Source: Candidatus Nanopelagicales bacterium (GTDB lineage: Bacteria; Actinomycetota; Actinomycetes; S36-B12; UBA5976). From it: 33,458 nt of DNA. The notes under the pieces were generated by a model that worked only from the letters and a program-made list of their open reading frames with translations, made no database searches and was not told the origin of the DNA. The position numbers and the translations under genes were made by a program. Each line of letters starts with the position of its first letter. The first letter of the stretch is position 1. Of this stretch, positions 24,029 through 32,038 are shown piece by piece. The DNA lies in NCBI GenBank assembly GCA_044346095.1, contig JBIIZV010000001.1, positions 1 to 33,458 of the forward strand, read 5' to 3'.

Positions 24029-24776
24029 GCGTGTTTGCAAAGATCTGCCAAGCTAGCAGTGACTTTGCAACCAAACTCAACACAATGTAAATGCGCTCGC
24101 CGTGTAAGTAGTTGCTCCATTTACCTTTGGCTTTGTATTGCTTGTATTGAACCCAGGCGAATGAATTAAACAGCACAAAGATAGTCACGATAATTCCGTA
24201 CACAAAAGCTGGTGCACTTGCATCGGATGGGTTACCCGGAGAAATTACGTAAATCGCAACTGCTAGCCATGGCACCATACCTGTGATGCAACCAAAAATG
24301 TAAGGAACCCAGCCGCCATTTCCTGGCTGTTCGTACTTCTCTTGCAACCAACCGAAAAGAATCATGGATGCATTCACACCGAAGATCGCAACAAGTGCAG
24401 TCACATCTGCGATGCCGGTAATTTGTGCAATCAAAACGATCATCACAGAAGAGCTAATTGAGTACTCAACCCAACGGAAGTAGTTGTGCTTTTCTTCTAA
24501 GCCCTTGCCATAACGACCAAAGAATTGTGGGCTAGCAACAATGAAATGAGCTAGTGCCGAAAGTCCAAGGAACAATGCCACCATCAAGGCAAGTGGTGTT
24601 TCAAAAACAACTACAGGATCGGAGTACACCGACCCAGGCGGACCAGCCATGTATGTGGCTGTTACTGGAAGACTGAAATCTGTTGATAGCGCTAGTACTG
24701 CAACCATCTGCAACAGGTGCACAACGCCTGCAATCAAATTGAATCGACGTAGGCCTGGAATCGTTAGTTTGCTCAT
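24015..24776 (-). CDS. heliorhodopsin
   Basis: 7 TM segments. Lys238 in SLVAKSLLAWQIF (last helix), Glu104 in FRWVEYSISSSVMIVLIAQ, His20 and His77. The K/R-rich N-terminus predicts N-in topology. Long motif identity, from memory, to heliorhodopsin 48C12. Confidence 0.93.
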   Translation of the reverse strand: MSKLTIPGLRRFNLIAGVVHLLQMVAVLALSTDFSLPVTATYMAGPPGSVYSDPVVVFETPLALMVALFLGLSALAHFIVASPQFFGRYGKGLEEKHNYFRWVEYSISSSVMIVLIAQITGIADVTALVAIFGVNASMILFGWLQEKYEQPGNGGWVPYIFGCITGMVPWLAVAIYVISPGNPSDASAPAFVYGIIVTIFVLFNSFAWVQYKQYKAKGKWSNYLHGERIYIVLSLVAKSLLAWQIFANTLIPV

Positions 24777-24848
24777 AACTCAAGCGTACTTAGCGGTACG
24801 TCAATTCAATTGATTTAAGTTACTTTATTTGTCCAATTAAGCAACGAG

Positions 24849-25811
24849 TTACGGGACTATTACAAGCTTTCCTTGGATTTCGCCCTGTTCCATGAGTTCG
24901 TAACCTTGCTTTGCATCCTCAAGCGAGAACACTTGTTGAATGTGTGGACGTAGTCCAGTTTCACCTAGGAACTTAAGTAAACCTTCAAACTCAACGCGAG
25001 TTCCCATAGTGGAGCCAACTACTTCTAGCTGCAAGAAGAACAGGCGATTCAAATCAGCTGGGGGATTAGCACCACTGGTTGCGCCACAGATAACGATTTT
25101 CCCGCCAGGTCGCAGACTTCGCATGGAGTGTGACCACGTTGCTTCGCCAACACTTTCCATGACGGCATCAACTTTTCCTGGCAATCGCGCACCGGATTCA
25201 AATGCTTCACTTGCTCCGATTGACTTTGCATATTCGCGCTTAGCTTCATCGCGTGAGGTTACCCAAGTTACGAAACCAGCCGCATTAGCAAGTTGAATAA
25301 GTGCAGTAGCAACGCCGCCGCCTGCACCTTGAATAAGTACTGTGTCACCCTTCTTTAAACCAGACTTTGTGAAAAGCATTCGGTATGCAGTTAGCCAGGC
25401 GGTAGGTAAGCAGGCAGCTTCTTCAAAGGAAAGGAAATCAGGTTTTGGAATTACGTTGTATGCCGGAACGGTTACATACTCAGCATGGGTACCGTCGTGT
25501 ACTTCACTAAGTAGTGATCTCTTCGGATCCAGGGTTTCATCACCTTTGGAAGGATCACCCAAAACAGCATGGACAATTACAGCGGTTCCGTCATCTAGCG
25601 TCCCAGCTGCATCTGAGCCCAGAACAATTGGAAGATTTTCTGGAGCAGTTGCAACGCCACGAAGAGTCCAAACGTCATGGTGATTGATCGCAGCCGCCTT
25701 TACGGCAACTCGCACCCAACCTTCAGGTACAACTGGATCTGGATGATCACAAATTGAAAATCCTTCAAATGGATTTTCTAGATTTCCACTTACAGCAACT
25801 ACTGCGCGCAT
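24849..25811 (-). CDS. MDR-superfamily NADPH:quinone oxidoreductase-like protein
   Basis: GroES-like N-domain plus a GAGGGVATALIQLA Rossmann motif. No catalytic-Zn GHE motif is evident. Confidence 0.8.
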   Translation of the reverse strand: MRAVVAVSGNLENPFEGFSICDHPDPVVPEGWVRVAVKAAAINHHDVWTLRGVATAPENLPIVLGSDAAGTLDDGTAVIVHAVLGDPSKGDETLDPKRSLLSEVHDGTHAEYVTVPAYNVIPKPDFLSFEEAACLPTAWLTAYRMLFTKSGLKKGDTVLIQGAGGGVATALIQLANAAGFVTWVTSRDEAKREYAKSIGASEAFESGARLPGKVDAVMESVGEATWSHSMRSLRPGGKIVICGATSGANPPADLNRLFFLQLEVVGSTMGTRVEFEGLLKFLGETGLRPHIQQVFSLEDAKQGYELMEQGEIQGKLVIVP

Positions 25812-25993
25812 CAGACATCTTCCTCATCGTCGTCGAGACGAGCCAGCCAAGTTGCTAGTCGCTCAGTTGGTATTTCAAAGTCAGGGAAGGTATCAACAAA
25901 TTCCCGCATGCGTTCTGCTAACCATTCAAACGTAACTTCTTCTTCGCCACGTCGCTTTTCTAGCTCTTCAATTCCTCGGTCAGTAAAGTACAT
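25811..25993 (-). CDS. small acidic conserved actinobacterial protein (DUF6104-like, from memory)
   Basis: 60 aa, MYFTDRGIEELEKRRGEEEV...LARLDDDEEDV. Its stop overlaps the next start (ATGA). Confidence 0.55.
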   Translation of the reverse strand: MYFTDRGIEELEKRRGEEEVTFEWLAERMREFVDTFPDFEIPTERLATWLARLDDDEEDV

Positions 25994-26017
25994 AATCAGT
26001 CCTTCCGAGAAAATCGA

Positions 26018-29000
26018 CTAGCTAAATGCCTGGGCAACAAGGGCTTGCTGTTCCAATTCACTGCGGTGGTGGGAACCAACAGCTGGTGAACTTGAAGCCG
26101 GGCGAGAAATTCCGGTGATTGCGCGGTTTATCAAAGCTGGCAGATTCATTGCCATGAAACTCCATGCACCTTGATTCGCTGGCTCTTCTTGAACCCAGCG
26201 AACATTCTTCAGGTTCTTGTAGCGCTCAAGTTCTGGCGGCAGTGTGATTGCCGGCAGTGGGTAAAGGCGTTCGAGTCGAACAATTGCGACGTCTTTACGG
26301 CCTTGCTTTTCGCGCTCGGCAGCTAGGTCGTAGTAGACCTTTCCGCTACATAGCAATACTGAAGTCACATCATCTGGATTAACTGCTGTGTCACCAATGA
26401 TTGCCTTGAAAGTGCCTTCGGTAAAGTCGCTAACTTTCGAAGTTGCAAACTTCGCCCGAAGTAATGACTTAGGTGTAAACACTACAAGTGGTCGAGTCAA
26501 AGTGGACTTTACTTGCCAGCGCAACAAGTGGAAGAAACTTGCTGGAGTTGTTGGCATTGCAACTGTGATGTTGTCCTGCGCACATTGTTGCAAGAAGCGT
26601 TCAACGCGGGCGGAAGAGTGATCCGGTCCTTGACCTTCATAGCCATGTGGAAGCAACAGGACAACGCTGCTCTTTTGCGCCCACTTTTGCTCACCCGTTG
26701 TTATGTATTCATCAATGATGGTTTGCGCACCATTTGCGAAGTCACCAAATTGGGCTTCCCACATAGTTAATGCTTCTGGGCGAATTACTGAGTATCCGTA
26801 CTCAAATCCCATTGCTGCGTATTCACTTAGCAAGGAATCATAAACATCAAGTTTCGCACCGGCTTCGTAACAAGTCTTAAGTGGCTTGTACTGCCAACCA
26901 GTTTGCTTATCAACAATCACAGCGTGACGATGGCCAAAGGTTCCGCGGCGACTGTCTTGCCCAGCTAGGCGAACAACGGTGCCTTCAGTAAGTAGCGATC
27001 CGATAGCTAATGCTTCGCCCATACCCCAATCGATTGCATCTGTTGCAACCATTTCGGCACGGCGAGCAAGCTGTGGCGCTAGACGCGGATGAACGGTGAA
27101 CCCTTCAGGCATATTCGTTTGGCTTGCCACAACGCGATCAATAACTTCGCGACTGATTGCCGTTGGAACTTCCCAAGTTGGAGTTTGTGGTGCCAGGGTT
27201 TGCTGACCATGGGAAATAACCTCAGATGCTGAAGCATTGAAGTGTTCCGCTGATTCAGACTTAGTTGCTTGGAATACACCTTCAAGTTCATCTTGGTAAT
27301 GCTTAAGCGCTGCCTCAGCTTCTTCCAAAGTGATGTCACCACGACCAACAAGCGCTTCGGTGTAAAGCTTTCGAACCGAACGCTTCTGATCGATGATGTC
27401 GTACATAAGTGGCTGAGTTAGTGATGGGTCATCAGCTTCGTTATGTCCGCGACGACGGTAACAAACTAAGTCGATGACAACATCTTTGTGGAAAGCCTGG
27501 CGGAAATCGTAAGCCAGTTGCGCAACGCGAACTACTGCTTCTGGATCATCGCCATTGACATGGAATACTGGAGCCTGGATCGTGCGAGCCACGTCAGTTG
27601 AGTAAACACTTGTGCGGCTGTATCTAGGTGAAGTTGTGAAGCCAACTTGGTTGTTGATAACCAAGTGAATGGTTCCGCCAACTCGGTATCCCTGCAATTG
27701 ACTCATCTGAAGTGTTTCGGCAACTACACCTTGACCGGCAAATGCGGCATCACCGTGCATAAGCAATGGCAATACGGAGTACTTTTCTTTAGATCCTTCG
27801 CCGGACTGAGCAATTATGTCCTGCTTAGCGCGCACAATTCCCTCGAGCACTGGATTAACCGCTTCTAGGTGTGAAGGGTTTGCAGCTAGATAAACCTTTA
27901 CTTCTTCGCCGCCAGCAGCCTTGTATGTGCTCTTGGTTCCCAAGTGATACTTAACGTCGCCAGAACCTTGGACTGATTCCTCGCCATAGTTACCTTCAAA
28001 TTCATTGAAGATTCGGCCGTATCCCTTGCCAGCAATATTTGCCAGCACGTTTAAGCGGCCACGGTGTGGCATACCAATGCAAACTTCATCAAGTTCGTCT
28101 TTAGCTGCTTCGATCAAAATCTGATCAACGAATGGAATGGCGCTTTCGCCACCTTCAAGACTGAAGCGCTTTTGTCCTACGTACTTTGTTTGCAAGAAGC
28201 TTTCAAAAGCCTCAGCTTCATTTAGCTTGCGAAGGATTCGCAACTGTTCATCGCGATCGACTTTGTCCTGCTTGCGTTCTAGTCGATCCTGAATCCACTT
28301 ACGCTGTTCTGGATCTTGCAGGTGCATGTATTCGATACCGATTGTGCGGCAGTAAGCGTCACGAAGTGTTCCCAAGATGTCGCGCAGCATGGCAAATGGG
28401 CGACCACCAAATCCACCTGTGGCAAACTCACGATCCAAATCCCATAAAGTCATTCCGTGATTGGCAATATCTAGATCTGGGTGGGATCGCTGGTGGTATT
28501 CAAGCGGATCAATGTCAGCCAATAAATGACCACGCACGCGGAACGCATGGATCATCTCTTGAACTCGAGCAGTTTTATCTAGATCAGCATCATGAGAAGT
28601 AGCTAGGTCTTGTGCCCAACGAATTGGCTCATATGGAATTTGCAAGGAACGGAAGATATCATCGTAAAAACCATCGGTGCCAAGCAGTAACTGATGAACT
28701 CGACGCAAGAAATCACCTGATTGCGCACCTTGAATTACTCGGTGGTCATAAGTGCTAGTGAAAGTCATGATCTTGCTAACGGCATTTCTAGCTAACGCAT
28801 CATCTGAAGCGCCTTGCCATTCAGCTGGGTAATCCATTGCGCCAACGCCAATGATGACGCCTTGTCCTGGCATCAATCTAGGAACTGAGTGAACGGTTCC
28901 AATTGTTCCTGGGTTTGTCAGGCTGGCTGTGGTTCCTTGAAAATCTTCAACAGCAAGTTTGCCGGCGCGAGCTTTACGAATTACCTCTTCATACCCAGCC

Positions 29001-29680
29001 CAAAAAGCTGCAAAGTCCATGGTGTCGGCTGACTTAATGCAAGGAACAAGTAACTGACGAGAACCATCTTCTTTTGCAAGGTCAATTGCAAGTCCCAGAC
29101 CAACTTGTTGGTGACGAGCAATTGCAGGCTTACCTTCAACGGTTGTATAAGACACATTCATGTCAGGCATTTCGCGCAAGGCACGAACAATTGCAAAACC
29201 AATGATGTGAGTGAAACTAACTTTGCCACCACGCCCGCGAGCTAAGTGATTGTTAATTACGATGCGGTTATCGACCATAAGTTTCGCAGGAACAGCGCGA
29301 ACTGAAGTTGCCGTTGGAATTTCAAGGCTGGCTTCCATGTTTGTTACAACGCGCGCTGAAGTTCCTTTAAGTTTTTCAATGACATCATCAGCAAGTGAAG
29401 CAGGTGCTGGCTTGGCAGCAGGGGCAGTGCCTTCGTTAGTTGCTGGAGCAGGTGCTTGAACAGTGGCGACAGGCTGAGCGACTGCAGGTGCAGCTGCTGG
29501 TGCAACTGGCGCAGCAGGCTTTGTTGCTGAAGCATGAGGCGAGTGGTCAGCGGGAGAGTAGTCGGCGAAAAATTCCCACCAGGCTGGATCAACTGATTGC
29601 TTGTCTTCTAAAAACTGTTGATATAACTCGTCAACGAGCCAATCGTTTGCACCAAATGGACTATTTGTTGGTCCGGACAC
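26018..29680 (-). CDS. kgd: multifunctional 2-oxoglutarate decarboxylase/dehydrogenase E1 with fused succinyltransferase domain (Kgd/OdhA type)
   Basis: NSPFGANDWLVDELYQQF N-terminus, Ala/Pro linker, E2-like catalytic core (STYDHRVIQGA) and ThDP E1 domains. GTG 29680 has an AAGGAAGG SD ~10 nt upstream; the track start is ATG 29758. Confidence 0.93.
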   Translation of the reverse strand: MSGPTNSPFGANDWLVDELYQQFLEDKQSVDPAWWEFFADYSPADHSPHASATKPAAPVAPAAAPAVAQPVATVQAPAPATNEGTAPAAKPAPASLADDVIEKLKGTSARVVTNMEASLEIPTATSVRAVPAKLMVDNRIVINNHLARGRGGKVSFTHIIGFAIVRALREMPDMNVSYTTVEGKPAIARHQQVGLGLAIDLAKEDGSRQLLVPCIKSADTMDFAAFWAGYEEVIRKARAGKLAVEDFQGTTASLTNPGTIGTVHSVPRLMPGQGVIIGVGAMDYPAEWQGASDDALARNAVSKIMTFTSTYDHRVIQGAQSGDFLRRVHQLLLGTDGFYDDIFRSLQIPYEPIRWAQDLATSHDADLDKTARVQEMIHAFRVRGHLLADIDPLEYHQRSHPDLDIANHGMTLWDLDREFATGGFGGRPFAMLRDILGTLRDAYCRTIGIEYMHLQDPEQRKWIQDRLERKQDKVDRDEQLRILRKLNEAEAFESFLQTKYVGQKRFSLEGGESAIPFVDQILIEAAKDELDEVCIGMPHRGRLNVLANIAGKGYGRIFNEFEGNYGEESVQGSGDVKYHLGTKSTYKAAGGEEVKVYLAANPSHLEAVNPVLEGIVRAKQDIIAQSGEGSKEKYSVLPLLMHGDAAFAGQGVVAETLQMSQLQGYRVGGTIHLVINNQVGFTTSPRYSRTSVYSTDVARTIQAPVFHVNGDDPEAVVRVAQLAYDFRQAFHKDVVIDLVCYRRRGHNEADDPSLTQPLMYDIIDQKRSVRKLYTEALVGRGDITLEEAEAALKHYQDELEGVFQATKSESAEHFNASASEVISHGQQTLAPQTPTWEVPTAISREVIDRVVASQTNMPEGFTVHPRLAPQLARRAEMVATDAIDWGMGEALAIGSLLTEGTVVRLAGQDSRRGTFGHRHAVIVDKQTGWQYKPLKTCYEAGAKLDVYDSLLSEYAAMGFEYGYSVIRPEALTMWEAQFGDFANGAQTIIDEYITTGEQKWAQKSSVVLLLPHGYEGQGPDHSSARVERFLQQCAQDNITVAMPTTPASFFHLLRWQVKSTLTRPLVVFTPKSLLRAKFATSKVSDFTEGTFKAIIGDTAVNPDDVTSVLLCSGKVYYDLAAEREKQGRKDVAIVRLERLYPLPAITLPPELERYKNLKNVRWVQEEPANQGAWSFMAMNLPALINRAITGISRPASSSPAVGSHHRSELEQQALVAQAFS

Positions 29681-29794
29681 GGCTTGGGGGCCTTCCTTGT
29701 TGAACTCGAGATACTGCTCTATAGGGAAATCGTATCGCCCATCTGACAAGGGCTTCAACGTGCATAAGCCTTGGGGCTAGGGCAGGGTAAGAGC

Positions 29795-30550
29795 ATGACA
29801 TCATTACCCAATTCCGATTCGAATCAATCCGACCTTGCCGAAAAAGTGGCAGTAATCACAGGCGGTTCTCGTGGAATTGGTCTGGCTGCTGCCAAGGCAC
29901 TCGGTGCACTCGGTGCCACAGTTGTACTCGTTGGCCGAAATTCGGACAACCTAAGTTCTGCAGTCTCAGCCCTTTTGGATCATGGCGTAGACGCTGACAG
30001 CGTATGCGTTGATGTTTCCGATGGGGCGAAAGTCTCAGAAAAAGTTGGTCAGCATTCGCTAGCGCCACAAGCAGACATATTGATTAACTCAGCTGGCGTG
30101 ATGAGCGAGAAAATGGCCAAAACTCTGCGCACCTCAAATGAAGAATGGCATCGAGTTATGGGAATAAATCTGGATGGCACTTTCAATATGATTTCTGCGA
30201 TTGGGCCTCAAATGGCACAACGCAAATCTGGTCGGATTATCAACGTGTCAGCATGTCTAGGCAGATTCACCGGACCAGGTCTTGCCGGTGGACTAGCTCC
30301 ATATCGAATTTCGAAAACTGCAGTCAATGCATTAACCAAGAACCTAGCCGCGGAACTTGGAAACGGAACTCGAGGAGTTTTGGTTGATGCAATGTGTCCT
30401 AATCACACCAGGACAGACATGGGTGGGCCTGATGCACCACGCAGCCCCGAAGAAGCAGCAGACACAATCGTTTGGCTGGCTACCAGAGAACACACTCCGG
30501 AAACCGAGACCGGATTGCTTTGGGAAGATCGCCAAGTAGTTCCCTGGTAA
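29795..30550 (+). CDS. SDR family oxidoreductase
   Basis: ITGGSRGIGLAAA and YRISK motifs. ATG 29795 is preferred over the track TTG 29771. Confidence 0.85.
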   Translation: MTSLPNSDSNQSDLAEKVAVITGGSRGIGLAAAKALGALGATVVLVGRNSDNLSSAVSALLDHGVDADSVCVDVSDGAKVSEKVGQHSLAPQADILINSAGVMSEKMAKTLRTSNEEWHRVMGINLDGTFNMISAIGPQMAQRKSGRIINVSACLGRFTGPGLAGGLAPYRISKTAVNALTKNLAAELGNGTRGVLVDAMCPNHTRTDMGGPDAPRSPEEAADTIVWLATREHTPETETGLLWEDRQVVPW

Positions 30551-30557
30551 TTCGGTA

Positions 30558-31124
30558 TTACTGTCCTTGCATATGAATATGTGCAGCTCGCTTCACATCA
30601 TGTAAGTCAAAGTAGGAAAGTTCGCGAGCTTTCCAAAGCAGCATTTCATCACGCACACCTTCACCGTCTCGTTGCACAACGCGATCCAGAAGCAAATGAT
30701 CATCAGCTTCCACCCAAATTGCTTGCGAGACGCATTCGCGAAGCGAACTATGACCTGAGCCAACACCTTCAATAATGACGACTGGAGTCAGAGGTAACTC
30801 AGACCAACTCGCATATTTACCTTGATGCCAGTCGTACTTAAGAAAATTAGGGCCTAAACCATTTCTAATTGGTGCCAAAATCCAAGCTTCAATGCGATCA
30901 AAAAGTTTCTGACCTAAAGCGTCATCCCAACCTTCATAGAGTTCATCCATGTGAACAACGCTTATTATTCCGCTGGCATGCCTCAACTCACTTGCAAGTT
31001 CATTTGCCAAAGTTGTTTTGCCAGAACCAGCCGGACCATCAATTGTGACAATTTTGGTATCTCCGCATTGGGCATCACTGCTTTCAATCGCAGCCATTAC
31101 TGCGGAAAGATCAAAGTAAGCCAT
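30558..31124 (-). CDS. P-loop nucleoside/uridine-kinase-like kinase, substrate unknown
   Basis: Walker A GPAGSGKTT and hydrophobic-EG Walker B-like VVIIEGVG. Starts 7 nt after the PnuC-like stop. Confidence 0.7.
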   Translation of the reverse strand: MAYFDLSAVMAAIESSDAQCGDTKIVTIDGPAGSGKTTLANELASELRHASGIISVVHMDELYEGWDDALGQKLFDRIEAWILAPIRNGLGPNFLKYDWHQGKYASWSELPLTPVVIIEGVGSGHSSLRECVSQAIWVEADDHLLLDRVVQRDGEGVRDEMLLWKARELSYFDLHDVKRAAHIHMQGQ

Positions 31125-31131
31125 GAATCAG

Positions 31132-31740
31132 TTACTGGCTGTCAGTGCGTTGCAGTTTTTGCCAGTTGATCCAACCGCGTAGCGCGATGGCGGCAAAGAC
31201 CACGTATAACAACGAAGTGAACTTGAGGTCTTGAGACCAAAACAGGGCCACGTAAACAATGTTGACAACAAACCAAACCGCCCAATTATCGCGGAACTGC
31301 AAAACCATGAGGACTTGAGCAATGATGCTAAAGACTAAGCCGAAAGCATCTGGGAGCGCTGCTGCTGCACCAAGCGAAACCAAGAACGGTGTAATCAGTA
31401 ACCAGATCACAGTTCCTGTACTCAAGATAGCTGCGCGCATTGCCCAGGATAAGTTTCGTGAGACGGCGCCTTGTGGCCCCCAGCCAAACCAGCCCCAAAT
31501 TGCTGCAGCGATGAATACCAGTTGAAGTGATGCGCTGGCATAAAGCTCGTAATTGAAAAATAGCCAGCCGTAAAGAACTCCGCTTACTCCGTACCACGGC
31601 CACATGATTCGTTTACCGGTTGTACCTAGCCAAACTCCCGTGGCAGAGGCGATAACTGCTGTTAACTCAAGCAGAGTCACCTGGTAGCCCAAGACTGTAA
31701 ATAGAACAGTGCTAACAAATTCATTGATTTCTGAAAACAT
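31132..31740 (-). CDS. PnuC-family vitamin transporter (PnuT-like if the leader is a TPP riboswitch)
   Basis: WPWYGVSGVLYGWLFF...LQLVFIAAAIWGWFGW Pnu signature. Start set at ATG 31740 (MFSEINEF), 10 nt after AGGAGG; the track start 31803 reads through the structured leader. Confidence 0.8.
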   Translation of the reverse strand: MFSEINEFVSTVLFTVLGYQVTLLELTAVIASATGVWLGTTGKRIMWPWYGVSGVLYGWLFFNYELYASASLQLVFIAAAIWGWFGWGPQGAVSRNLSWAMRAAILSTGTVIWLLITPFLVSLGAAAALPDAFGLVFSIIAQVLMVLQFRDNWAVWFVVNIVYVALFWSQDLKFTSLLYVVFAAIALRGWINWQKLQRTDSQ

Positions 31741-31744
31741 AGAT

Positions 31745-31860
31745 TGCATTCCTCCTGCAATCCGCATTACCGGACTGGTTAAACGGTCGGTGTGATGATC
31801 CAAAGATCGGACACCCTCTCAGCCCACCTTGTTGTGGACTCCCGTGTCTTGCTCCTTCCA
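31745..31860 (-). promoter_or_regulatory. THI-box / TPP riboswitch-like leader
   Basis: Minus strand: ACGGGAGUCCAC-aacaa-GGUGGGCUGAGAGG-[GGUGU..ACACC hairpin]-GACCGUUUAACCAGUCCGGUAAUGCGGAUUGCAGGAGG. It carries the CUGAGA core, ACGG/CCGU P2 closure and a UCCG-guaaug-CGGA P5. The SD AGGAGG is embedded at the 3' end. Confidence 0.55.
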
Positions 31861-31931
31861 CTGTACGTCACCTTTACCGATTACGGGGCTAAATTGCTGG
31901 CACTGATAAAGTCACACAGGCGGTTAGTTTT

Positions 31932-32004
31932 GCCCGCGTAGCTCAGTGGATAGAGCGTCTGCCTCCGGAGCAGAAGGTCGAAGGTTCGATTCCTTTCGCG
32001 GGCA
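31932..32004 (+). tRNA. tRNA-Arg (CCG)
   Basis: Cloverleaf: acceptor GCCCGCG/CGCGGGC, D-arm GCUC-AGUGGAUA-GAGC, anticodon arm UCUGC-CUCCGGA-GCAGA, T-arm GAAGG-UUCGAUU-CCUUU, discriminator A. Confidence 0.9.
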
Positions 32005-32038
32005 CGTGAATGATCAACGACCTTCCAGAACCAGATAC

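Noticed and set aside
24777-24848. Heliorhodopsin upstream spacer: 5-bp hairpin CGTAC-ttagcg-GTACG (24785-24800), TCAATTGA palindrome, possible TTGCTT-N16-TAACTT promoter
   Set aside because: The elements are too short and AT-rich to distinguish from chance without comparative or transcript-mapping data.
1485-28602. Numerous antisense or alternate-frame track ORFs inside strong genes, e.g. 1485-1775, 2777-3094, 3311-3673, 4404-4760, 9594-10055, 16248-16580, 17315-17734, 22737-23177, 24940-25296, 25342-25683 and 28186-28602
   Set aside because: These are shadow ORFs opposite or out of frame with CDSs that carry unambiguous family motifs. Their own translations are Arg/Ser/Pro-rich with no motifs.
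31741-31803. N-terminal 21 codons of track ORF 31132-31803 (MDHHTDRLTSPVMRIAGGMQS)
   Set aside because: They coincide with the 3' arm of the riboswitch-like leader and contain the AGGAGG SD that serves ATG 31740.
31946-32038. N-terminal 31 codons of track ORF 31946-32938
   Set aside because: They read through tRNA-Arg (31932-32004). The CDS was trimmed to ATG 32039 just before the TM anchor; GTG 32006 is a less likely alternative.
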